NCBI GenBank assembly: GCA_018304505.1
Contig: JAGVWA010000020.1
Coordinates: 1 to 36,880 of the forward strand
Direction of reading: 5' to 3'
Origin: Nanobdellati archaeon
Lineage (GTDB): Archaea; B1Sed10-29; JAGVWA01
DNA: 36,880 bases
The position numbers and the translations under genes are program-made. The notes below the pieces were generated by a model. It ran no database searches. It was given only the letters and a program-made list of their open reading frames with translations, and was not told the origin of the DNA. This document shows positions 17,202-25,147 of this stretch, piece by piece (the stretch's first letter is position 1; each line of letters begins with the position of its first letter).

Positions 17202-17531
17202 ATGAATTGTCCTGTATGCAATGGGAAAATGAAAAGAAAAAAAGAGCAATACGCCTATAACGACATTGTTTTTGGTCGTTTTGACGCAGATGTGTGCACC
17301 AAGTGTAGGGAGGTGTTTTTTACAGAAAAATCTTCTGACGCCATTGATGCCAAGGCCAAGGAGATAGGTGTATGGGGATTGGAAAGGGAGACGAAAATAA
17401 GCTACTCGGGCAACTCCTTAATAATACGGATACCAAAGGCCATCGCTAGTTTTATGGGTTTGAAAAAAGGAAGGGGCGTGTCGGTGCATCCAGAGGGGAA
17501 AACAAAATTGGTTATGGAATTAGCAAATTAG
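17202..17531 (+). CDS. Putative antitoxin: YgiT/MqsA-type Zn finger fused to AbrB/MazE-like DNA-binding domain
   Basis: CPVCNGKM...CTKCREVFFT; KISYSGNSLIIRIPKAIASFMGLKKG. Confidence 0.8.
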   Translation: MNCPVCNGKMKRKKEQYAYNDIVFGRFDADVCTKCREVFFTEKSSDAIDAKAKEIGVWGLERETKISYSGNSLIIRIPKAIASFMGLKKGRGVSVHPEGKTKLVMELAN

Positions 17532-17686
17532 ATTGGCCATGAGATTCCATCCCACAAAATTCTTTTTACCTCATTTTTGTGTATTTAATCAATATAATAT
17601 GTATATAAGCAGTTCATTGAGCGTCGCCACAAACACGCTGTCAATCCAGCGCGCTCTCGACAAGCTTTAAAAACAAAAGTTGCTTA

Positions 17687-18247
17687 ATGAGGAACATGAA
17701 GTCCAAGGCAATGTTAATCCTTCTGCTCATCGCGTCGCTAGCCGTTGCCCAAGCGCTGGATTTCGGCATCAAGGACTTCACTTACGAGCTGAACGAGCCG
17801 CGCCAAGAAATCGAACTCACGGTGACGGTGCAAAACAACGCAGCCCAGCAGCGATTTTTCAAAATCACTGTTGATTCTGAACTCGGCAGCCAGACCAAGA
17901 ACCTTGCCAACGTGGACCAGAAATCCGAGCGGAACTTCAGGTTCGTTTTCAACATCGCAAATCGGGACATACGAGTCCTGAATTTCGTCGCCTCTGTGGA
18001 ATATAATGGGCAGGTTGATGTGCGCAACATAGGCCTGTCATTCGAGCCAATGGAAGATGCGCAGGACGGGAATGGGGAATTTCCGAAACTCTCAGAGAAC
18101 CTTTTTGTGTATCTAATGGGGATACTGATTTTCCTGATCTTCCTGATCATGTACCTGCCGAGCATCATTAACAGAACGCCATTCGTAGGGAAGAAGCAGC
18201 TGAAGGACTTCCTGAAAGAAGAAGACGTCGATCGATTTATGCGATAG
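17687..18247 (+). CDS. Secreted, membrane-anchored protein with Ig-like domain
   Basis: N-terminal signal peptide (AVAQA), beta-rich core, C-terminal TM followed by a charged tail; alternative start 17696. Confidence 0.7.
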   Translation: MRNMKSKAMLILLLIASLAVAQALDFGIKDFTYELNEPRQEIELTVTVQNNAAQQRFFKITVDSELGSQTKNLANVDQKSERNFRFVFNIANRDIRVLNFVASVEYNGQVDVRNIGLSFEPMEDAQDGNGEFPKLSENLFVYLMGILIFLIFLIMYLPSIINRTPFVGKKQLKDFLKEEDVDRFMR

Positions 18248-18303
18248 CCCTCCCAAAAAGGTTATTAAGCAACAAGGCAGAGAATATCTACATAATGTCA
18301 TAC

Positions 18304-18374
18304 GCGCCGATAGTCTAGTGGCATGATAGTGGCCTTCCAAGCCGCGGGCCCGGGTTCAATTCCCGGTCGGCGCA
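18304..18374 (+). tRNA. tRNA-Gly(UCC)
   Basis: GCGCCGA/TCGGCGC acceptor, GTGGC-CTTCCAA-GCCGC anticodon arm, CCGGG-TTCAATT-CCCGG T arm. Confidence 0.95.
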
Positions 18375-18376
18375 TT

Positions 18377-18468
18377 AGAGGAGCTTGGCGCTCCTTCTAT
18401 CCTCGCAGTGCACCTCGCTTTTGCTCGGTAGCACAGAGGAGCTTGGCGCATGCAATGAAGCAGTGCAC
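18377..18468. repeat. Repeat element downstream of tRNA-Gly related to the post-tRNA-Lys element
   Basis: AGAGGAGCTTGGCGC twice (18377-18391, 18435-18449); CTCGCTTTTGCTCGGTAGCAC and GCATGCAATGAAGCA match 16487-16506 and 16305-16319. Confidence 0.7.
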
Positions 18469-18472
18469 AATT

Positions 18473-19075
18473 TTATTTTCCCTTCATCAACTCTAGAATG
18501 CGCTCGAATTTCTTAGCCTGGTAAACCGCGTCCTGCAGCGCATTGTGGTTTTGGCCCCGTTCAGGTATTTTGATTTCATTGATACCCGCGTTAACATTCC
18601 CAGTTGCGCCTCTGTACATTGAACTCATGTCCTCGCCGCTGTACCCGAGCGGGTTCTCCTTGTTGTAAAAGTTGTCAAAGTACCAGGTACTGAACATGCC
18701 GTCGAACTTTATGGGTGCAGCCACTTCGACGGGCCTGAATCCCTGCGTGTTCTCCAAAACCCATTTTGCATAATCTGCCATTGCGTCTTCTGGTTTAGAG
18801 CCCGTTTTCTCAAGCGCCCCGAGAACTGCAAGAGGATCGAAATTCGGATTCTTTGGGTTGTATTCAGGCAAGTGCTTTAGGTCTTCGAGGCACTGCAGGC
18901 CCAAGCAGCCGATCCTGATGGCCTCGAGAACGTAGTTCATGTTCAACGGTTTCAACTCACGGTAGAATTGCACACCAGTATTCCCGACAACGCAGGCCCC
19001 CAATGACAGCATTGAATACCTTCCGGGCGTGGGCCCCGAGGCCTCAACGTCGAAGGAAACGTATTTCTTTTCCAT
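18473..19075 (-). CDS. DEDDh-family 3'-5' exonuclease
   Basis: ExoI FDVEASG, ExoII KFD, ExoIII HNALQDA. Confidence 0.85.
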   Translation of the reverse strand: MEKKYVSFDVEASGPTPGRYSMLSLGACVVGNTGVQFYRELKPLNMNYVLEAIRIGCLGLQCLEDLKHLPEYNPKNPNFDPLAVLGALEKTGSKPEDAMADYAKWVLENTQGFRPVEVAAPIKFDGMFSTWYFDNFYNKENPLGYSGEDMSSMYRGATGNVNAGINEIKIPERGQNHNALQDAVYQAKKFERILELMKGK

Positions 19076-19130
19076 AGCAGGGTATATGTATGAGAATGTT
19101 ATTATAGCTTTACTTCGCTTTATTTAGTGT

Positions 19131-19481
19131 ATGGCGAAACGCGATGCTCCGCGCAGGCGGCAAAAACCGAATTGGGTGAAGGACCTCGCACTGAAACGGA
19201 TAAGGCGGCTTTTCGAGCTCGCGGAGCAGGAACTCGAGGTGCACCCAGATCGAACAAGGCGTTATGTTGAACTTGCGCGGAAGCTTTCTACAAAATACAA
19301 CACAACGATTCCGAAGGAATTGAAGGAAAAGATGTGCAAGCAGTGCAATTCCCTGTTGATAGAAGGGAAATCGATGCGTGTAGAGCAAGTGTCGAAGGTG
19401 AATTATGCGCTTGCGGTGTGCCTGAACTGCATGAACGCGAAAAAGCGCTTTTTGGGAAGTTGGCTTCGGCAGCAGCTTTGA
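19131..19481 (+). CDS. rnp4: Ribonuclease P protein component 4 (Rpp21)
   Basis: ALKRIRRLFELA...RRYVELARKLSTKY, CKQC...CLNC Zn ribbon; upstream of S19e as in the conserved archaeal cluster. Confidence 0.9.
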   Translation: MAKRDAPRRRQKPNWVKDLALKRIRRLFELAEQELEVHPDRTRRYVELARKLSTKYNTTIPKELKEKMCKQCNSLLIEGKSMRVEQVSKVNYALAVCLNCMNAKKRFLGSWLRQQL

Positions 19482-19539
19482 TCTATAATCACATACGAAG
19501 TCTGAACCAGCGGGATGTGGCTTTCCGAGAGCAAAAAGC

Positions 19540-19547
19540 TTTATAAA
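19540..19547 (+). promoter_or_regulatory. TATA box for the S19e operon
   Basis: A-rich BRE-like AAAAAGC followed by TTTATAAA. Confidence 0.5.
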
Positions 19548-19648
19548 CCCAGAAAGACCAAAAGAAAGGGAACAGCTTGGTTCTATACGAAAAGCTAGAA
19601 AATACACACAAAAACAACAAATTTTGATGTTTTACCGAGAGTGAATAC

Positions 19649-20368
19649 ATGGTTTCAGTGCTAGAAGTCAATGCACAGCAGCTCATAAACAACGTGGCAG
19701 AAAAGCTCAAGACACAATACAAGATACAGCAACCCGCGTGGGTAGGCTATGTTAAGACCGGCGTGCACAGGGAAAGGCGGCCCCAGAACGAGGACTGGTT
19801 CTTTGTTAGGAGCGCCTCAGTGCTTAGAAAACTTTACATTGAAGGTAACACCGGAGTGGGCAAATTCAGGGCCTGGTATGGTGGCAAGCAAACCAGAGGG
19901 GTGAAACCAGAACACCACGCTGACGCGTCAGGCAACATCATAAGGAAGTCACTCCAGTCCCTGGAAAAAGCAGGCCTGGTAAAAAAGGAAAACGTTGGTA
20001 GAATCATTACGCCGGAAGGCAGAAAACTGCTTGATAAGGCAACACTGGAGCTGCGCGGAAAGCGCGAGAAGGCAAAGCCAAAGCTCGAATTCCAGAAACC
20101 GAAGAAAAAACCGCAAGCGCAGCCAAAGGCGCCAGCAAAGCCACAGAAAATCGAATCAGAGGCTAAGACTGAAAAGAAGGAAGTGAAGAAGAGTGCAGCA
20201 AGAAAACCTGGACCAGCTAAGGCAGCAGCGACTAAACCAGCTGCTACAAAGTCAGCAAAACCAGGAACTAGCAAGACAGCAGGCAAAACTGCAAGTAAGG
20301 CAGGCGCTAAGAAAACTACTAAGCCCCCAGGCGCAGGAAAGGCTAGCAAACCTAAGGCTAGCAAATGA
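19649..20368 (+). CDS. rps19e: 30S ribosomal protein S19e with a ~100-aa Lys/Ala/Pro-rich C-terminal tail
   Basis: WVGYVKTGVHRERRPQNEDWFFVRSASVLRKLY, YGG, SGNIIRKSLQSLEKAGLV, GRIITPEGRKLLD. Confidence 0.95.
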   Translation: MVSVLEVNAQQLINNVAEKLKTQYKIQQPAWVGYVKTGVHRERRPQNEDWFFVRSASVLRKLYIEGNTGVGKFRAWYGGKQTRGVKPEHHADASGNIIRKSLQSLEKAGLVKKENVGRIITPEGRKLLDKATLELRGKREKAKPKLEFQKPKKKPQAQPKAPAKPQKIESEAKTEKKEVKKSAARKPGPAKAAATKPAATKSAKPGTSKTAGKTASKAGAKKTTKPPGAGKASKPKASK

Positions 20369-20516
20369 GGAAATGGCCGAGCAAATCGAAGCCCTGATAG
20401 TCTACATGCATCAGGCTGGCCAACTCAAGGCCCCACTACAAGACGGGGACCTGAAACAATTGCTGCTAACAATCAACGCACGCAACACAAGAAAAACTAA
20501 AATAACGAGAAAGTGA
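20193..20516 (+). CDS. PDCD5-family (MTH1615-like) DNA-binding protein, overlapping S19e in the +1 frame
   Basis: LDQLRQQRLNQL...LRKLLSPQAQERLANLRL...AEQIEALIV...LKQLL...KITRK; conserved position after S19e. Confidence 0.9.
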   Translation: MQQENLDQLRQQRLNQLLQSQQNQELARQQAKLQVRQALRKLLSPQAQERLANLRLANEEMAEQIEALIVYMHQAGQLKAPLQDGDLKQLLLTINARNTRKTKITRK

Positions 20517-20520
20517 TAAA

Positions 20521-20757
20521 ATGGCGAGAAACAAATCCCAAAGGAAGAAAATGCACATTGTGAAGGCGAAGAAGACCAACAGGCGCGTACCGGTGTTCCT
20601 AGTGCCGAAAATGCGAGACCGCAATGTGTATAGGGAATCAGCACCACGCGGATGGCGCCATGGCAAGGGCCTGTTTAGCAAGATCAAGACAGCATTCATG
20701 AGAAACCTCTGGAACAGGGGAAAGCACAACACGAAGGAAAGATTCCAATTAAAGTGA
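20521..20757 (+). CDS. rpl39e: 50S ribosomal protein L39e, C-terminally extended
   Basis: MARNKSQRKK...KKTNRRVPVF...RGWR; syntenic position. Confidence 0.85.
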   Translation: MARNKSQRKKMHIVKAKKTNRRVPVFLVPKMRDRNVYRESAPRGWRHGKGLFSKIKTAFMRNLWNRGKHNTKERFQLK

Positions 20758-20763
20758 TGAACA

Positions 20764-21264
20764 ATGGCAGCTGAAGAAAAGAAAACAGATGAAGTGGGCG
20801 AAATAAAGCCGGTGACGGAACCTATGGAATCGGTGGAACAGTCAGCAGCTGAAGCAAAGGCTGCACCAGAAGAAAAGAAAGCAGCAGCATTAAAAGAAGA
20901 TCCCGAAGACAAAACACAAGCAGCAGCAAAGGAAGAACCAAAATCGGCAGTGAAGGAAGAGCCTAAATCTGCGGCGAAGGAAGAACCAAAACCAGCAGAA
21001 AAGGCTGAAGAGCGTGTCCTGACCCTGCCGCTGAGGGATGCCTGGAAATCGGCAAGAAGCAACCGTACAAAGGCCGCCATCTCGGTTTTGAAGAAACAGC
21101 TAAAGAAGCATTTCAGGCAAGAGCCAAAGATTGACAAGTCACTTAACGAAGCCATCTGGGCCCACGGGCTGCACAAGCCCCCCAGGAGGATCCAAGTCAG
21201 GGTTAGAAAAACGGCAACAGAACTCCTCGCATTTCCCGTAACAAAGACCGTGAAAAAGCAATGA
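20764..21264 (+). CDS. rpl31e: 50S ribosomal protein L31e with Glu/Lys/Ala-rich N-terminal extension
   Basis: ERVLTLPLRDAW...RTKAAISVLKKQLKKH...IDKSLNEAIWAHGLHKPPRRIQVRV. Confidence 0.92.
   Translation: MAAEEKKTDEVGEIKPVTEPMESVEQSAAEAKAAPEEKKAAALKEDPEDKTQAAAKEEPKSAVKEEPKSAAKEEPKPAEKAEERVLTLPLRDAWKSARSNRTKAAISVLKKQLKKHFRQEPKIDKSLNEAIWAHGLHKPPRRIQVRVRKTATELLAFPVTKTVKKQ
20923..20994 (+). repeat. Three 24-bp tandem units (A[AV]KEEPK[SP]) in the L31e extension
   Basis: AAKEEPKS AVKEEPKS AAKEEPKP. Confidence 0.85.
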
Positions 21265-21896
21265 TGATCAAGTCAAGCATAATGGGGTACGCGCAAGTCG
21301 GGGTATTCTGCGCAACCAATGACGAGATAACGCTTGTTCCATTATCGACACCGGCGCATTTTGTATCAACAGTCAAAAAGGTTCTAGGGACAGATGTTAT
21401 CAAGATGAATCTGTGCAACTCGCAGCTCTTGGGGCTGTTTAGCACGTGCAGCAACAGTGAAATCATAATTCCCCATATTGCACAGCAGCACGAAATCGAC
21501 ACGCTGAAGGACAACTTCAAAAAAGTCATAGTATCCGATTCTGCACTCACAGCGATTGGAAACCTCGTTGTGATGAACGACAACGTTACCCTGGTGTCGT
21601 CTGATCTGAAAAACCACAAGCAGCTCAACGCAAAACCATTCAAACTCAAAGCCACAGTGCTCATCGGCTCAGGAATCGTTGCTACTAATCAGGCATTCAT
21701 CGCGCACCCGGAAACAACAGACGCAGAGCTTGAACAGCTCAAGGACCTTCTAAAAGTGGAAGGGGACGTTGGCACGGTCAATTTCGGAAACCCCTACGTG
21801 CGCGCAGGTTTGCTGGCCAACTCCAACGGAATCATAGCAGGCAATCTCTCCAGCGGGCCAGAATTAAATAGGATAGACGACATATTCAACAGGTAG
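21261..21896 (+). CDS. eif6: Translation initiation factor 6 (aIF6)
   Basis: VGVFCATND, AIGNLVVMND, GTVNFGNPYVRAGLLANSNG...SSGPELNRI. Confidence 0.95.
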   Translation: MMIKSSIMGYAQVGVFCATNDEITLVPLSTPAHFVSTVKKVLGTDVIKMNLCNSQLLGLFSTCSNSEIIIPHIAQQHEIDTLKDNFKKVIVSDSALTAIGNLVVMNDNVTLVSSDLKNHKQLNAKPFKLKATVLIGSGIVATNQAFIAHPETTDAELEQLKDLLKVEGDVGTVNFGNPYVRAGLLANSNGIIAGNLSSGPELNRIDDIFNR

Positions 21897-21906
21897 GTGA
21901 TTTACA

Positions 21907-22329
21907 ATGGCGACAGAAGCAGAAATGGCTGAAAGGCAACGCGCAATGGAAACCCTCTCGCGGCTCAAGATGCTCGATGAGCAAAGAAAAGTAACACAGG
22001 CAAAATACGGCGAGATAGATGCATACTTCACAGAATTGACAAGGGCAAGGGAAGCGCTCGAGGAAATACAAAAGCAAAAACAAGCAACTGGAACGCTGAT
22101 ACAGCTTGGTGCAGGGGTATTTTTGAAAACCAAAACCGAGAAAACAGATACGGTCTTAGTGGACGTCGGGGTCGGCACAGTTGTCGAGAAGAACATAGCA
22201 GACACAATCGGCCTGATAAAACAGCGCGAACAGGAAGCCGCAGACGCACGCAGAGCACTGATCGGGGAAATAACCTCGCTAGAAGTTACGTACCAAGACC
22301 AAATACACAAATTGCCCCAGCAGCAATAA
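21907..22329 (+). CDS. pfdA: Prefoldin subunit alpha
   Basis: Coiled coil, LIQLGAGVFLK...VLVDVGVGTVVEK, coiled coil. Confidence 0.92.
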   Translation: MATEAEMAERQRAMETLSRLKMLDEQRKVTQAKYGEIDAYFTELTRAREALEEIQKQKQATGTLIQLGAGVFLKTKTEKTDTVLVDVGVGTVVEKNIADTIGLIKQREQEAADARRALIGEITSLEVTYQDQIHKLPQQQ

Positions 22330-22399
22330 TTAATTGCCAAAGCAGCAATAATCAAATTGACTGCAAGTTGAGTACAAGTATATTGAGTTCTGATGCCCC

Positions 22400-23686
22400 A
22401 TGTTTGGTTTAATCAAGAACAAAATCAAGAGCTTTGCAAAGAGCATAGAGGATAAACTAAAAACGAAAGAACCAGAGCCAGCAGAAGAAGTTGAAGAAGT
22501 AGTAACGGAACTCGAGGAAAAGGCCACAGCAAAAGAAGCAGAAGAGCAACCACAGAAACCAGCGAAAACAGAAGCGATCCTGGAAAAGAAAAAGCCAAAG
22601 GAAGCAAAAGAGAAACCAGCGGAGAAACCGCTTGAGAAACCAGCGCAATTTAAAGCGCCAGCGCAAGAGCCAAAGCAGGAATCGGTACTAGCAGAACCAG
22701 AAGCCCAGAGGCCGAAACTCGAAGACGCGAAAGCAAAACTGGCAAAGCAAAAAACCAGGGCACAGGCTGCCAAGGCAGAGAAACCGAAGGAAGTAACGAA
22801 GGAAAAAGTCGGCCTGCTGACGAAGCTCAAGAAAACCGTTGTTGGGACAGTCTCATTGTCATCATCGGAGTTGGATCAGTTTTTGCTCGACCTCGAATTT
22901 TCAATGCTCGAAGCAGATGTCGCAGCAGACTCGGCAGAAAAAGTCGTGTCGCTGCTTAGGGACAAGTTTTCCAAGGCCAAGTTCAAGAGAAATGAGGACA
23001 TTTCACAAAAAGTCATGGAATTATTCAGGGAATCGCTGTCAGAGCTCTTTCAGCAAAACAAGGCTTTTGATATCCTCGCAAAAACGCAAACAGCAAGGCC
23101 ACTCAAAATCCTGATGCTCGGGCCCAACGGCGTTGGCAAAACCACGACAATTGGAAAAGTCACAAAGATGTTCCAAAACCAGGGCAAGAAAGTCGTTTTC
23201 GCCGCGGCAGATACATGGAGGGCAGCGTCAATAGAGCAGCTGGAAGAGCACGCCAACAGGCTTGGGGTAAAGGTCATAAAACACGCTTACGGAGCAGATC
23301 CCACGGCTGTTGCTTTTGATGCCGTGAAACACGCGGAAGCACACAACGTCGATGTTGTGATCATTGACACCGCAGGCAGGCAAGAGACCAACGTGAACCT
23401 TGTAGAACAACTGCGCAAAATCAACCGTGTAATACAACCTGACCTCAGGCTCTTCATTGGCGAGGGCATTGTCGGCAACGCGATTCTTGAGCAAATAAAG
23501 GCGTACAAGGAAACAATAGGCCTTGATGGTGTCATTCTGACAAAGATGGATCTTGACAACAAAGGAGGCACAGTTCTTTCAGTGCTGATGGAAGACGTGC
23601 CAGTGCTCTATTTTGGTGTGGGTCAGGGCTATGATGACCTGATTCCGTTCAGCAAGGAATTCCTGCTGGAAAAAATGTTGTCATAG
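22400..23686 (+). CDS. ftsY: SRP receptor FtsY with long charged N-terminal region
   Basis: GPNGVGKTTTIGK, AADTWRAASIEQL, DTAGRQ, TKMD, GVGQGYDDL. Confidence 0.96.
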   Translation: MFGLIKNKIKSFAKSIEDKLKTKEPEPAEEVEEVVTELEEKATAKEAEEQPQKPAKTEAILEKKKPKEAKEKPAEKPLEKPAQFKAPAQEPKQESVLAEPEAQRPKLEDAKAKLAKQKTRAQAAKAEKPKEVTKEKVGLLTKLKKTVVGTVSLSSSELDQFLLDLEFSMLEADVAADSAEKVVSLLRDKFSKAKFKRNEDISQKVMELFRESLSELFQQNKAFDILAKTQTARPLKILMLGPNGVGKTTTIGKVTKMFQNQGKKVVFAAADTWRAASIEQLEEHANRLGVKVIKHAYGADPTAVAFDAVKHAEAHNVDVVIIDTAGRQETNVNLVEQLRKINRVIQPDLRLFIGEGIVGNAILEQIKAYKETIGLDGVILTKMDLDNKGGTVLSVLMEDVPVLYFGVGQGYDDLIPFSKEFLLEKMLS

Positions 23687-23752
23687 TTTGTCTCGGAGAC
23701 ATTTCGAGCAACACTGATTTATAAATCAAGCAACAAAAGGAGTACTGATTGA

Positions 23753-25087
23753 ATGCTAAGCAAAATGCGAGACGTGCTCGCCAAAATCACGAAATCCAAC
23801 ATCCTGGACGAGAACACGGTAAACGACATAGTAAAGGACATCCAGCGCATACTCATAACGAGCGATGTCAACATTTCGCTAGTCAAGCAATTAAGCGACG
23901 AGATCAAAAAACAGGCGCTGGAAGAGAAGCTGCCCCCGGGCGTCAATCGGAAGGAGCATCTGGCCAAAATCGTTTACGACCAGCTTGTCAAGATTCTCGG
24001 GGGATATGAGCACCAACCGCGCATGGACCCGCACAAAATCCTGTTATGTGGCCTATATGGCAGTGGCAAGACCACGACCATCGGAAAACTCGCCAAGTTT
24101 TACAGCAAGCGCGGCCTCAAAACGTGCATGATCACTACCGATATTTGGAGGCCCGCGGCGTTCGAGCAGGTAAAACAACTCGGGCAGCAAATCGACATCC
24201 CGGTTTTTGGAGACCCGAAAGAAAAGGACCCGGTAAAGATCCTTGACAAAGCGCTACAAGACACCAAAGGCTACGATCTAATTTTGGTGGATTCAGCAGG
24301 CCGCGACAGCCTCGACGACGTCTTGTTGAAGGAGATAATAGAAATACAAGCACACTTAAACGCGGAGGAAAAATACCTCGTCATTTCAGCGGATATTGGA
24401 CAAACTGCTATAAAGCAAGCCGAGGCATTCAACCGCGCACTCGGATTAACCGGCGTCATCGTGACAAAGGCAGACTCAAGCGGAAAAGCAGGCGGCGCAT
24501 TGAGTGCGTGCCACATCGCCAAGGTACCCGTTACTTTCGTTGGCACAGGCGAAAAAATGGATGACTTCCAAGTCTTCAACGCCGAGAAGTTCGTGTCACG
24601 ACTACTAGGTTATGGAGATCTCGGGGAACTAGTTAAAAAAGTACAAGAAGCAGTGGAAGAAACTGAATTCAATCCAGAGGACATACTAAAAAAGGATTAC
24701 AACCTTGATATTTTCTACAAGCAACTTGAAGCAACAAAGAAAATGGGTCCACTGAAGAAGGTTTTCGAAATGCTCGGCATGGGTCAATTGCCTGATGAGT
24801 TAGTGCAGACGGGCGAGGAAAAAATGAAGGGCTACAAAATCATAATGGATTCAATGACAAAACATGAAAAGGAAAACCCCGATGACATAAAATCGCAGCG
24901 CATTGCAAGAATAGCAAGCGGTTCTGGAAAGCAGGAACAAGACGTCAAGGAACTCATCAAGCAATTCAATACGGGCAAGAAGATGATCCAGAAACTAAAA
25001 AAAGGCAAGCGCCCGAGGGGCGGAATGGGCAACCTTGGTGGATTAATGAAACAATTCAAAGGCATGGGCGGATTAAGTGGAATGTAA
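23753..25087 (+). CDS. srp54: Signal recognition particle 54 kDa protein
   Basis: GLYGSGKTTT, DIWRPAAFEQ, DSAGR, GGALS, M domain IMDSMT...RIARIASGSG; TATA TTTATAAA at 23718-23725. Confidence 0.96.
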   Translation: MLSKMRDVLAKITKSNILDENTVNDIVKDIQRILITSDVNISLVKQLSDEIKKQALEEKLPPGVNRKEHLAKIVYDQLVKILGGYEHQPRMDPHKILLCGLYGSGKTTTIGKLAKFYSKRGLKTCMITTDIWRPAAFEQVKQLGQQIDIPVFGDPKEKDPVKILDKALQDTKGYDLILVDSAGRDSLDDVLLKEIIEIQAHLNAEEKYLVISADIGQTAIKQAEAFNRALGLTGVIVTKADSSGKAGGALSACHIAKVPVTFVGTGEKMDDFQVFNAEKFVSRLLGYGDLGELVKKVQEAVEETEFNPEDILKKDYNLDIFYKQLEATKKMGPLKKVFEMLGMGQLPDELVQTGEEKMKGYKIIMDSMTKHEKENPDDIKSQRIARIASGSGKQEQDVKELIKQFNTGKKMIQKLKKGKRPRGGMGNLGGLMKQFKGMGGLSGM

Positions 25088-25147
25088 AACTGTTCGCTTT
25101 TCAAGAACATTTGTTCTAGTATATAGAACATAATTGGCGGAAGTAAA

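Larger units (their letters stand above)
16883..17567. mobile_element. TA cassette bounded by 18-bp direct repeats that begin with the tRNA-Phe 3' end
   Basis: TCCCACAAAATTCTTTTT at 16883-16900 and 17550-17567; AT-richer than the flanks. Confidence 0.65.

Noticed and set aside
19834-21176. Long antisense ORFs opposite S19e, L39e and L31e (and similar shadows elsewhere, e.g. 8542-9117, 24832-25518)
   Set aside because: Typical reverse-frame shadows of Lys/Glu/Ala-rich genes, with low-complexity Phe/Ser/Leu content and no motifs
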